NCBI GenBank assembly: GCA_964504275.1
Contig: CAZDDV010000001.1
Location: 20,982-84,981, forward strand
Length of the DNA stretch: 64,000 nt
Source: an uncultured Candidatus Saccharibacteria bacterium
Lineage (GTDB): Bacteria > Patescibacteriota > Saccharimonadia > Saccharimonadales > JAGQNJ01
Direction of reading: 5' to 3'
Shown: one piece after another, positions 9,201 to 18,271 of the stretch
Numbering within the stretch: the first letter of the stretch is position 1
How the letters are laid out: every line of letters begins with the position of its first letter
The notes under the pieces: model-generated
What the model was told of the DNA's origin: nothing
The model's input: the letters and a program-made list of their open reading frames with translations, nothing else
Databases searched by the model: none
Translations under genes and position numbers: made by a program

Positions 9201-9405
9201 CGGCCTCAGCGGAGCAGCCGCTGGTGTATTAGCCGCCGCCAAACGAAGCGCTTTAACAACCCAGCTTGGCGCCGACGGCAAAACATATACAGTTCGAAAG
9301 ATCTACGACAATAAAGGCAATCTGGTGCCCCAAAACGTGCGTGGTGCTGCCATGCCGCCGAGAGGGCCACTCTCTCCAGGTGGTCCAGGAGTAACATCAT
9401 TTTAG
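6262..9405 (+). CDS. VirB6/TrbL-like T4SS polytopic membrane protein (1047 aa) with a large N-terminal extracellular domain and a long C-terminal tail.
   Basis: SP/TM, then a Cys-containing domain, then a block of at least 6 TM helices (aa 370-600), then a charged low-complexity C-terminus. Position upstream of the VirB3/VirB4-like genes. Confidence 0.45.
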   Translation: MQNIFKDFKVWSTRFALFTATFVFFSTLILGTMTAQKINAQTKVLLSPSEHAIKYQVMQFLKVCGDNKGWHSSQGAGTRSEGLSAEELNQGRFFDDEIKDSTIFGNEISVGALTDDDDGNFNCLVKQGTPAVVVNQQYDVQKAVQYQQEDLIKFLVESNVYRVGENGRYYLHDEEDSDRSNKVIEYFKNNNQGYSFDGDLPDSAKYFNWKASYLKFCAEGGKPIDSGSIELPNVGEDGKRQNDKFQIKSDAAGNKSVGRGMGQGDRDEFSCNEIADGMRATADAAVKGVEDYVKAGGKVKPNPNAPGTADDDSPTCESSGGITWVICPFINGLAELADGAFEKLIIPLLKTSPVDTTNTSSPIFQVWLGMRNVANILLVIAMIVIVFGQAIGGGLVDAYTAKKVLPRILAAAIMINLSIYMVAFAVDVTNVIGQGLSRLIYAPFDQVGAFKFNLSSSTAGLGFVGMIAASAAIWKIGALIPYLLLFVLLPLVLAAVGVIFTLVLRMGLIQFLIISSPVAFVLYCLPNTEKYFQKWWSLFIKTLMVYPIIVLIFTLADVIAVTTDIAAQESDQEVTAAFGQLISVVLLVLPLFMVPYAFKLAGGAVGAVHGALSTGGKKSVEAIKGNPNDPNSLRNRTKRNVGSSMVKNRAQLVRSNLDYKGTGLNARLRRKFGEKVNYGNIMDKEAEINEDAAKRMGRTIGAGDDRYIRARTSLPLFQKAGGGETTNTAEAVMDTSGTALRLLNKDTGQAMRTSLNGQKRFTDVDYKKSTQLFQTMGEMQEAVNHEAKKTLTDGDTDRLVGGYGDWAKQEGLTKEQASGLFTGVAFARQGERLELKHSTVDEEIDPDDPKKRRLFVKSATDNMSGTSIDSTGTVNKIGGRDAFVQELYDKKGSWAVSQMHDSTINQVGEAKEKYAAEIKDLSSRESLGTLSEQELGRLKLSREKLDHIQEMEESWVADPTRTATGIPMGAVDDKGTPGYSGLSGAAAGVLAAAKRSALTTQLGADGKTYTVRKIYDNKGNLVPQNVRGAAMPPRGPLSPGGPGVTSF

Positions 9406-9411
9406 GTAATT

Positions 9412-10488
9412 ATGGCGCAGTATAAAGTTTTACAGGATATAGAGGCAGAGGATAAGCTCCTTGGTCCATTAAGTTTGCGGCAATTTATCTACGCGATTAT
9501 TGTGATTGTGCTGGGGTTTATCGCTTTCAAGCTCGTGACCGTTGCTTGGTATTTGGTAATTCCTTTTTTACCGCCGATGGTGTTTTTTGGTTTATTGGCG
9601 GCGCCGATTGGCCAAAACCAGTCGTCTGAAGTTTGGCTGCTGGCCAAAATTCGCTTTTTTGTTTTTCCGCGACTGCGCATCTGGAACCAATCTGGAATAG
9701 AAGAACTAGTACACATTACCGTGCCTAAAAAAATCGAAAGATACTTGTCAAAGGGTTTTAGTAAAGACGAGGTTCGCAGCCGTCTGAACGCCCTTGCCAA
9801 CACACTGGATACGCGTGGATGGGCGATAAAAAACATTACGCCAGATGTTTTTAAACGCGCAACAGCGTTTAACTCTGCACAATCTGCTGATCGATTAATT
9901 GACATCAATAGTATTCCACAAAATGCACAGCCAAACGAAATGCCTGGCGACGATGTATTTGACGCACAAAGCAGCCCGCTGGCACGAATAACCAACCAGA
10001 ATATTCAGGCGTCGGCTGAGCAGCACCGTCAGCAATTGCTTGACAACATGCAAAACCAAATTGCCCAAACGCGAACAAGCGCGCCGCTAGCGCCAACAGC
10101 TCCGCAAACTACTCCCACGGCAAGCACACCAAATCTACCAAGCCTACCCAATCCAGTTGTTGTGTCGCCACACCCCGAAACACCAACGTCAACACCAATA
10201 CAACCGCAACCAATCTTGAGCAGTACCGGCCAACCCGTCCACGAAATGCCACAACCTACGCAACAACCCATACCGCTACCTCAACCGGCGCCAATGCCAG
10301 AGCCGATGCCGATTACTCCATATCAGCCGGCGCCTGCCAATATGCTGCAAAAGCCACAAGCGCCGATGACAAGCACAGCGCAAACTGTTAAACTAAATGA
10401 TGTTACGAATACTGATCGCAGTTCGATGAATGTGCCGCATGCAGACAACGATGATTCGCCAGACGAAGTCGTTATCTCGCTTCACTAA
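9412..10488 (+). CDS. PrgI/VirB3-like small membrane protein fused to a Pro/Thr/Gln-rich low-complexity C-terminus.
   Basis: N-terminus LLGPLSLRQFIYAIIVIVLGFIAFKL...IPFLPPMVFFGLLAAPIG (two TM helices). Position immediately 5' of the VirB4 region. Confidence 0.4.
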   Translation: MAQYKVLQDIEAEDKLLGPLSLRQFIYAIIVIVLGFIAFKLVTVAWYLVIPFLPPMVFFGLLAAPIGQNQSSEVWLLAKIRFFVFPRLRIWNQSGIEELVHITVPKKIERYLSKGFSKDEVRSRLNALANTLDTRGWAIKNITPDVFKRATAFNSAQSADRLIDINSIPQNAQPNEMPGDDVFDAQSSPLARITNQNIQASAEQHRQQLLDNMQNQIAQTRTSAPLAPTAPQTTPTASTPNLPSLPNPVVVSPHPETPTSTPIQPQPILSSTGQPVHEMPQPTQQPIPLPQPAPMPEPMPITPYQPAPANMLQKPQAPMTSTAQTVKLNDVTNTDRSSMNVPHADNDDSPDEVVISLH

Positions 10489-10502
10489 GCATCTCTCGGA
10501 GC

Positions 10503-11399
10503 GTGTTCGGTGGGCAAAATTATATGAATCCACAGCAAAATTTACCAAACCAGACTGTTCCACAATCTGCTCCGCCAAGTGCGGCCTTCGCGCCAAACCC
10601 GGTAGTTGTGTCTGGCCAGCCACAAAACGGCAACCAAACAAATTTACAACCGCCACAACCACAAGTAAAAGTTAACCCAACCAGTACGCAAAATGTGTTG
10701 CAAGTTGCCGAGATCCGAGACGGCATTGTGATCATGAATGACGGCTCATTCCGATCTGTTATTATGGCGAAATCGATTAACTTCGACCTGATGAGCCAGA
10801 TCGAACGCGAAGGTGTCGAGGGCGGCTACCAAGCGATGTTAAACTCACTGTATTTTCCAATCCAGATTTTTATGCGCAGCCAAAAAGTTGATTTGCGACC
10901 GTACATCGAAAAGCTCGACAAAATCCGCACCGAACACGACAACATGCTGTTAGCATTATTAATGGAAGATTACATAAATTATATTTCTGAGCTATCGACG
11001 CAAACCAACATCATGGACAAAAAATTCTATCTGGTGATCCCGTATTTTCCAAAGGCCGACGTGCAAAAAGCGATTACCCAAAGTAAAAACTTTTTTTCTG
11101 GACTAGGAAATATTTTTAACTCCAAGCCAACACATGTGACTATCAACGAAAAGGATTTAGAGGATGCAAAAATTGAACTCCGAAACCGCGTGCAATCAAT
11201 TTTGGGCGGACTAATGCGATGTGGTGTCAAAGCCCTGCCGCTGGATACGCAAGAATTAATCGAGCTATTTTATGACAGCTACAACCCCGATACCGCCACA
11301 CGCCAACAGCTCAAAAACTTTGATGATTTATCTGTGCCAATCGTAACCAAAGGCAAAGGCGCTGCGCCACAACCAAACCTCAACAAGGATCTCCAATGA
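10503..11399 (+). CDS. Hypothetical protein; possible detached N-terminal domain of VirB4.
   Basis: GTG (10503) or ATG (10524) start. P/Q-rich N-terminus. The stop overlaps the virB4 ATG (ATGATG at 11396-11401). Confidence 0.35.
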   Translation: MFGGQNYMNPQQNLPNQTVPQSAPPSAAFAPNPVVVSGQPQNGNQTNLQPPQPQVKVNPTSTQNVLQVAEIRDGIVIMNDGSFRSVIMAKSINFDLMSQIEREGVEGGYQAMLNSLYFPIQIFMRSQKVDLRPYIEKLDKIRTEHDNMLLALLMEDYINYISELSTQTNIMDKKFYLVIPYFPKADVQKAITQSKNFFSGLGNIFNSKPTHVTINEKDLEDAKIELRNRVQSILGGLMRCGVKALPLDTQELIELFYDSYNPDTATRQQLKNFDDLSVPIVTKGKGAAPQPNLNKDLQ

Positions 11400-13321
11400 T
11401 GTTTGGTAAAAAAATCCCTACTAATGACCCGGTGGCGCTAGCACAAGCCCAGCGCGCCCGCGAACAGCAAGAAGTAAGCGTTGCGTTCCAAAAAGGCGTG
11501 GTGGCGCTGCGAGATTTTATTGCACCAAGTTCGATCGAACTTAAAAACGCTTACTTTCACATCGGCACACGACTAGCCCGAACCTTTTACGTCTACGCCT
11601 ATCCGCGCCAGGTGTACACCGGCTGGCTCAGCGGCATGATTAATATCGACGAGATTATTGATTTATCAATGTATATCTACCCCGTAGAAAGCCAAGTCGT
11701 GCTCGAAAACTTGCGCAAAAAAGTTTCTCAGCTAGAAGCAGGGCTGCAAATTGACGCCGAAAAGGGCCGCGTGCGCGACCCGGGCAAACAAGCCGCAATT
11801 CAGGACGCCGAAGAAATGCGCGACAAATTGCAAGTTGGCGAAGAACGCTTCTTCCGCCTGGGCTTTTACTTTACGCTGTATGCCGACAGCTTGGATGAAC
11901 TCGACTTTGTCACGCACAAGATTGAATCGATGCTCGGCCAACAACTGGTGTACTCCAAGGTCGCAACAAGCCAGCAAGAACAAGGGCTCAACAGTACGAT
12001 TCCGCAGTTTACTGACCAGCTGCAAATTCGCCGCAACATGAGTACCGGAGCAATTAGCACGACATTCCCGTTCACTAGTGCCGACCTCAGCCAAGATTCT
12101 GGCATTTTGTACGGTATTAATATGCACAACTCTGGTCTTGTTATTTTTGATCGCTTTACGCTCGAGAACAGCAACTCGGTGGTGTTTGCAAAATCTGGTG
12201 CGGGTAAATCGTTTGCGGTCAAACTCGAAGCGCTGCGCAGCATGATGTTCGGCACCGAGGTTGTTATTATCGACCCAGAAAACGAATACCAGCGCATGTG
12301 CGAAGCAGTTGGTGGTGCGTATGTTCGGCTCAGTCTGTCGTCGGCGACTCGAATCAATCCTTTTGATTTGCCAAAAGTCATCGATACCGACGAATCCGAC
12401 AACGCCCTGCACAGCAACTCGATCACACTTCTGGGCCTACTGCGCCTAATGATGGGTGGCGCGCAAACCCAAATGTTGGCTTCGGCCTCTAGTGGCGGTG
12501 GTGGCTTTGCGCCGTCGTTATCTCCGGTTGAGGAAGCCGATCTTGATGCGGCAATTATCGAAACGTACGCCAAAGCTGGCATAACCAAAGATCCGCTGAC
12601 GCACAACTCGCCGCCGCCAACAATTACTGATTTATACGATACACTGCTACACATGGGCGGAACTGGGCCACAACTTGCCCAGCGACTGCGCAAATACACC
12701 ACTGGTACGTTTGCGGGAATCTTTAGCCAGCAGTCCAACATCGACATCAATAACCAAATGGTGGTGTTTAACATTCGCGATTTAGAGGACGAACTTCGCC
12801 CGGTTGCTATGTACATTGTGCTCAATTACATCTGGAACAAAACCAAATCCGACCAACGAAAACGCTTGTTGATCGTCGACGAAGCCTGGCAATTAATGAA
12901 GTATGAAGATTCGGCCAACTTTATGTTTAGTCTTGCCAAACGTGCCCGAAAATACAACCTGGGTATTACGACGATTTCGCAGGATGTCGAAGATTTCATG
13001 GCTAGCAGAATGGGCCGCGCCATCGTCGCTAATGCTTCGATGCAATTATTGCTCAAGCAGGCGCCTTCGGCAATTGATGTGTTGTCAGATATCTTTAAAC
13101 TCACCCAGGAAGAAAAAAGTCGCCTAACGCAGTTCCCGATTGGTCAAGGATTATTCTTTGCTGGCCAAAACCATGTGCATATTCAGATTATCGCCAGCCC
13201 AACCGAAACCGGCCTAATTACCACCAATCCTGCGCAGGTCCAACAAATGAACGAACAAGGACAACTTGAGGGCGAGCAGGGCACCATCGACCTTAAAAAC
13301 CGCCTCCAACCGGGCGTATAA
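11396..13321 (+). CDS. virB4: VirB4/TrbE-family T4SS ATPase.
   Basis: Walker A FAKSGAGKSF and Walker B LLIVDEAWQL. 641 aa. Confidence 0.8.
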   Translation: MMFGKKIPTNDPVALAQAQRAREQQEVSVAFQKGVVALRDFIAPSSIELKNAYFHIGTRLARTFYVYAYPRQVYTGWLSGMINIDEIIDLSMYIYPVESQVVLENLRKKVSQLEAGLQIDAEKGRVRDPGKQAAIQDAEEMRDKLQVGEERFFRLGFYFTLYADSLDELDFVTHKIESMLGQQLVYSKVATSQQEQGLNSTIPQFTDQLQIRRNMSTGAISTTFPFTSADLSQDSGILYGINMHNSGLVIFDRFTLENSNSVVFAKSGAGKSFAVKLEALRSMMFGTEVVIIDPENEYQRMCEAVGGAYVRLSLSSATRINPFDLPKVIDTDESDNALHSNSITLLGLLRLMMGGAQTQMLASASSGGGGFAPSLSPVEEADLDAAIIETYAKAGITKDPLTHNSPPPTITDLYDTLLHMGGTGPQLAQRLRKYTTGTFAGIFSQQSNIDINNQMVVFNIRDLEDELRPVAMYIVLNYIWNKTKSDQRKRLLIVDEAWQLMKYEDSANFMFSLAKRARKYNLGITTISQDVEDFMASRMGRAIVANASMQLLLKQAPSAIDVLSDIFKLTQEEKSRLTQFPIGQGLFFAGQNHVHIQIIASPTETGLITTNPAQVQQMNEQGQLEGEQGTIDLKNRLQPGV

Positions 13322-13332
13322 ATATTTAGATT

Positions 13333-16300
13333 ATGGGATTACCAGCAAGAAACCTCAACGAAGATGATGACCGAAAACTAAGCGCCGCCGAGCGAGCAGA
13401 GCGACAATGGGGGATGGATCCATCGTCTGAGCCAAAAAACCCAAACGATGACGATACAAAAAAATCGGCACGAGAACGTGCTGATGAAAGTTGGGGGATG
13501 AATTCTGGTGGCGAATCTGACACCAAAGATGGCGGACTGTACAACCCATCCGGCGATTCCGACGAACGCGCCGCTCTTGATGGATCTAAGCCAGATAGCG
13601 CGATGGGCGTGAAAGAGCTTTATGCTGGCGGTGACAAAGGCGGTGCGAAGCGGATTATCATAGAGGACTTCTTTCGCAAAAAAGGTATTCCAATAATTGG
13701 TGGTGGCGCTGGAGCCATAATGATCATTATGTTTTTATTCGTGTCGTTTTTTTCTATAAATAAAACTGCCCATATAATTGAAGATATCGAAAACAAAGTG
13801 GGTAATGTGCCCGAGTATGCCGTGGAGCGTCGCTTGGAATACTACATGAGCCGTTATTTGATTCTGCGACAACTTGCAAAAGCCGGCGTTCCGGAGGCTA
13901 CGATCCAAAAAGAATATGTGTACCTCAGTAAAAAGGGTAGTACTTTTGATACACTCTACACTAACTGGAAGGGAGCGAAGCTAGAGGGCCTCTTAGAAAG
14001 TGAGTATGGTGTGCGCTTGCAGCCACGTAATCTAGAGGTAAATACCAAGGTGTGGAATCGCGAATATGCGCAACCGAATCGTTGGGAGATTGAAATCGTA
14101 GATGCTGGCAAGGCAAGAGCAAAAGGCATTAACCCGGGTTCGTTAAATTCTATAGAATCGCGAAAATTTATAAATATTCTTGCCAACAAAGAAACCCGTT
14201 CGTTTCAGGTACTCAAGCGTTACAACGTGCGTAAAAACTTAAAAAAATACAATGGCATCGATGGCTGGAAACAATTTGCATACGACAAAAGCGAAAAATA
14301 CAAAAACGCCACAGATCGTTACCGAGAAGGTAAAAAAAACTTTAAGAAAAAAACCATAGAGAACACGATCAAAAGAGTCAACGTGAATTGGGGCAATTAT
14401 ATGATTTGTCTTATCGATGGCGACCCAAAAAAAGCCTGCAAGGATATTCGCAAGGGCAAGACCCCTTCCACAGAAGTAGGCAGCATGATTGATGAAAGCG
14501 AACTAACTGGAGTGGTCGACGAGGCGCTAGACAAAAAGATAGTACGCGAAGGAGCCGAAGAAGCAGGCGAACGCGCAGGGAAAGAGATCACTCAAAAAGT
14601 AACGGCGTCGACGGTCAAAAAATTCTCTGCTCGCGCAATACCTGTGGTTGGCTGGGTGATCGGCGCTAGCCATCTTATTAACTCTGCTGATAATGGAATA
14701 CTAAGCCAGGTCATATACCAAAGAAACGCTACTCAGTATGGGGCGTTCGGCGCAGGGTTCATGAGCGGGTCTGACCAAATAAAGTCTGGTATCGACATAG
14801 ACGGTGACGATGCGCGAGTTCTCAATGAAACGTTTACCAATTACGAGCAGGAAAGCCAAGTTTACCGCGCTTCTCGGCCAGGCTATAAAATTGAACCGGG
14901 TAAAAAAATAAAACAAGACTGCAATAACGACGGCGACACAACTGATGCAGATGATTTTGTGACATCCGATGACCCTGTGTGCGCGTCTAAGAAAATACTC
15001 CAACCCAAAGAAACTTTCACAGAAGACCCTGCCTGGGAGGTTGTTGCCGGACTATCCCAAAAACTAACTGGAGAAGACAGCTGGATAAAATCAGTGATCG
15101 ACGTTTTTGAAGGTGGGTTAGCAACAGTTATGGAAAAAACAGGCATCTCGGCTGGTATTGCATATATCATAGAAGAAACTGGTGCAGATAAAGCGCTTGC
15201 TGAGAAATTTCAAGAGCTGCTCGCTAAAATAGCGGCCCCTGTTATTACTGGTGCAGAGTCAGGAGGCTCAGCATACGATGCGTTATTCGCTAGCATCTCG
15301 GTCCAAAAATCTTCTCTTGGTGGCGGTGTTGGCGAAAATCGTGAAGATACAATTGGAGGTGCGGTTTTAAGCATGGAGGAGGTCGCCCAGATAAAAGAGG
15401 ATCAGTACGATAAACGACAGTTAGAGTTGAGGGGCACTGAGAAGTTTGCCAGATACTTCTCGCCCGATATCCCCGAAAGTCTAACGTCACAAGCGGTGAT
15501 GGCGCTACCGTCATCCTCGACGCAAACTGTGAGCAAGTTTAGTAGTTTGCTCAATCCAGGAAATTTTATTAAAGGGTTGGCATCAGCTTTCACGAGCAGT
15601 GCAGAAGCCCAAAACTCACAAGACTATAACTTCTTTAATGCGATTTACTACGGATACCCGTCGGACAGCGACGTATTCAATGCAAATGATGGCAGCGGGA
15701 TGGAGCACGATGAGTTGTATAAAAAATACAAATGCGATGAGCCTATTGAGAAGCGTCAGGAAAATTCAATGGGCAATGTTGAAGGAATTCCGTTCAAAGT
15801 GGCAGTCAAAGTAGACCCATGCTTGCTCGAAAAGGCGGTCGAAGACGCCGGCAGTCGATACTTTACCGGTGCGTATGACGAAGGTATCGACGAAGGGTCG
15901 AAAAGAACCTCTGGCGGCCAAACTGGCCTACTTAACCCGGGTGGCTTGGCGTGGCCAACCAAGGCCGAAGGTTCTCATATATCTAGCTGTTTTAACGAAC
16001 CGCGCTCTGGCGGGCCCCACAAAGGAATGGATATTGCCATTGCAGCCGACACTCCAGCGTTTGCAGTCGCTGACGGCGAAGTCATCATAGCTGGCGGCAA
16101 GGCAGACGGCTACGGACCAAACTATGTCGCCATAAAACACACCAAAGCCGACGGCACCACCTTTGTTTCTGGTTATGGACACATGAATTCAAAAACAGTT
16201 GAGGTTGGCGACAAAGTTACACAAGCTCAGCAAGTGGGCACTATTGGTAGTCTGGGTTATTCTACAGGACCCCACATGCACGTCATCATAAATGTCGGTG

Positions 16301-16395
16301 GGAAAGATAATTTTAATGGCGATGTTGACCCGCTTACTAATGGGATGGAAGTTCCCCCGGGAGCACTGAACGCAAAAGGGTGCCCGAAGTACTAA
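13333..16395 (+). CDS. T4SS-associated cell-wall hydrolase. Acidic N-terminal tandem repeats, one TM, a large central domain and a C-terminal M23/LytM peptidase.
   Basis: Repeats AERAERQWGMDPS / ARERADESWGMNSG. TM IIGGGAGAIMIIMFLFVSFF. M23 motifs PHKGMDIA...GHMNS...GPHMHV. Confidence 0.6.
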   Translation: MGLPARNLNEDDDRKLSAAERAERQWGMDPSSEPKNPNDDDTKKSARERADESWGMNSGGESDTKDGGLYNPSGDSDERAALDGSKPDSAMGVKELYAGGDKGGAKRIIIEDFFRKKGIPIIGGGAGAIMIIMFLFVSFFSINKTAHIIEDIENKVGNVPEYAVERRLEYYMSRYLILRQLAKAGVPEATIQKEYVYLSKKGSTFDTLYTNWKGAKLEGLLESEYGVRLQPRNLEVNTKVWNREYAQPNRWEIEIVDAGKARAKGINPGSLNSIESRKFINILANKETRSFQVLKRYNVRKNLKKYNGIDGWKQFAYDKSEKYKNATDRYREGKKNFKKKTIENTIKRVNVNWGNYMICLIDGDPKKACKDIRKGKTPSTEVGSMIDESELTGVVDEALDKKIVREGAEEAGERAGKEITQKVTASTVKKFSARAIPVVGWVIGASHLINSADNGILSQVIYQRNATQYGAFGAGFMSGSDQIKSGIDIDGDDARVLNETFTNYEQESQVYRASRPGYKIEPGKKIKQDCNNDGDTTDADDFVTSDDPVCASKKILQPKETFTEDPAWEVVAGLSQKLTGEDSWIKSVIDVFEGGLATVMEKTGISAGIAYIIEETGADKALAEKFQELLAKIAAPVITGAESGGSAYDALFASISVQKSSLGGGVGENREDTIGGAVLSMEEVAQIKEDQYDKRQLELRGTEKFARYFSPDIPESLTSQAVMALPSSSTQTVSKFSSLLNPGNFIKGLASAFTSSAEAQNSQDYNFFNAIYYGYPSDSDVFNANDGSGMEHDELYKKYKCDEPIEKRQENSMGNVEGIPFKVAVKVDPCLLEKAVEDAGSRYFTGAYDEGIDEGSKRTSGGQTGLLNPGGLAWPTKAEGSHISSCFNEPRSGGPHKGMDIAIAADTPAFAVADGEVIIAGGKADGYGPNYVAIKHTKADGTTFVSGYGHMNSKTVEVGDKVTQAQQVGTIGSLGYSTGPHMHVIINVGGKDNFNGDVDPLTNGMEVPPGALNAKGCPKY

Positions 16396-16396
16396 T

Positions 16397-18268
16397 ATGA
16401 GGATACCTTTTACGAATCTGATGATTTGGCTACGACTACTAAAGAGACTGTCCTTGTTGATACTGGCTGTTCTGTTTTTATCGAGTCTTGCTCTGACCAC
16501 CAAAGTTTCGGCACAAACACCTCAGCCGACAGAGTTAACCCGCGATCAAGCCATGAACTATCCGATGCTTGGTTTTGGTGGCTGTAGTGGCACCCCGGGA
16601 AGCTCAGCGCCCTCAGCAAAAATAAATGGCAAAAATATCTACATACTTGGTGACTCAATCACCGCCGGCGCTAAAGATGCATACAAAGATGCGTTCAAGG
16701 ACAAGGACCTAACCATCAGTGCTAGAGTGGGACGTTCGTGGGGAACGGCAGGGCAAGACTCGCCAGCAAACATTGGCAGCCAAGGCACTGGTAAAGAGGC
16801 CTTCGCGGCCGACACTGAAAAAATTAAATCCGCGGACGCAATTATTATTGCGCTCGGCACCAACCAAATGGGTGGAGATGAAGCCAGCCAAAACCCGATC
16901 GGGAGCATCATTACCGCTTTCCGTGGCGTCAATGAAAAAGCCCCAATCTGGTGGGTAAATATCGCTAACAGCGGGGTCGCGGGAGTACCTAGTTTCAACG
17001 AAACACTCAAACAACAGGCAGGCGATAAGTATACCGTGATCGACTGGGCAAAAACCGTTGACCCAACTGGGGATGGCACAAATAACCCCGGCAAACTCCT
17101 GTCGACCGACGGGACACACCCAAGCTCCGAGGGTACCAAAAAATTGGTTGATTTGGTCGTTAGTGCTGTCACAAGCGGCGCTGGCGTACAAAATAATGGA
17201 GTTGCGGCTGGTGACTGTAAATGTAGTAGCGGTGGCACTACAGGCGGAGGAGACGCGATCACCAAATTCTTGCAAGCGCTGGCATTCCAAGAAAGTGGCG
17301 GACAGTTGAACTTAGTGAGTTCTGGTTCAGCGCGTGGAAAATTCCAGTATATTGACTCGACGTGGAAAGGCGTCGCCCAAAAGTACTATCCACACGCGTT
17401 GAAATACGCAAACGCAAACGGGGCGCCAGAATCAGTCCAAGACGCACTCGTCTATATCGAGTACACCGATAAATTTAACACTTTTAACGGCGATCTGTTC
17501 AAGCTGGCTGTCAGCCATTTCTATCCTTTGGCAAACCAGGAGGCTAAGTGGCTCGACATAATTCCGCCATCAAATGTCGTAACTCCAAGACAATACGCAG
17601 AGAAATTAGTTGCGGGATATAACAGTGGTGCCGGAAAAGAAATAAAATTCTACTATAACGATGCGCCGGAGTTTAAAGAATCTCTTGCTGCTGTTGGTGG
17701 CCAAACTACCGCTAGCGTAAAAAGCGGTGAGGGCAGTTGCAGCGCGCCTGGCCAAATCGGACCAGGTGAAGCCGCTGGTAAGATCGTGGAAACCGCTCTT
17801 AACCTGGCATGGGACACCAAAAAAGACGGATTAATTGAAGAGAAAGACGCAAAACCAACCTACCAAGCGGCCATGCCAAAATTTAATGGAAGCACCAACA
17901 CAACCGGCGATCCAAAACTAACGCCATGGTCCGATTGTGGTGTATTTGTCGCAACGGTCATGCATATGAGCGGCGTTGATACAGCATATCCAAAACGTAA
18001 CACTCTTACTCAAGAACCATATACGACAAACTCCGAAAGATACGAGCGCATCACGAACGTGACCGACTCTTCACAACTAAAGCCCGGGGACATCATTATA
18101 AACAAACACCACACAATGATTTTCGTCGGCCCACAAACAGGCCCAGCGGGTGAATACAACACCGTTGACGCATCATTTGGTGATCGCGTACCCGGAGCAA
18201 AAGTCTTTGCTCCTCATCCAGACACCCAAGACCCTGATTCGTATGATGCGTATAGGATAAAAGGATAA
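16397..18268 (+). CDS. Secreted multidomain peptidoglycan hydrolase: SGNH/GDSL hydrolase plus lytic-transglycosylase-like domain plus C-terminal CHAP/NlpC-P60-like domain.
   Basis: Signal peptide. GDSITAG block. FLQALAFQESGG (SLT-like catalytic E). SDCGVFVATVMHMSG...HHTMIFVG (Cys/His). Confidence 0.5.
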   Translation: MRIPFTNLMIWLRLLKRLSLLILAVLFLSSLALTTKVSAQTPQPTELTRDQAMNYPMLGFGGCSGTPGSSAPSAKINGKNIYILGDSITAGAKDAYKDAFKDKDLTISARVGRSWGTAGQDSPANIGSQGTGKEAFAADTEKIKSADAIIIALGTNQMGGDEASQNPIGSIITAFRGVNEKAPIWWVNIANSGVAGVPSFNETLKQQAGDKYTVIDWAKTVDPTGDGTNNPGKLLSTDGTHPSSEGTKKLVDLVVSAVTSGAGVQNNGVAAGDCKCSSGGTTGGGDAITKFLQALAFQESGGQLNLVSSGSARGKFQYIDSTWKGVAQKYYPHALKYANANGAPESVQDALVYIEYTDKFNTFNGDLFKLAVSHFYPLANQEAKWLDIIPPSNVVTPRQYAEKLVAGYNSGAGKEIKFYYNDAPEFKESLAAVGGQTTASVKSGEGSCSAPGQIGPGEAAGKIVETALNLAWDTKKDGLIEEKDAKPTYQAAMPKFNGSTNTTGDPKLTPWSDCGVFVATVMHMSGVDTAYPKRNTLTQEPYTTNSERYERITNVTDSSQLKPGDIIINKHHTMIFVGPQTGPAGEYNTVDASFGDRVPGAKVFAPHPDTQDPDSYDAYRIKG

Positions 18269-18271
18269 CCC

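Noticed and set aside
11732-12825. Long antisense ORFs (226 and 319 aa) inside virB4.
   Set aside because: Fully embedded opposite a gene with clear Walker motifs; no SD; typical shadow ORFs.
16639-17290. Antisense ORFs of 193 and 208 aa inside the SGNH/CHAP hydrolase gene.
   Set aside because: Shadow ORFs opposite a well-supported CDS.
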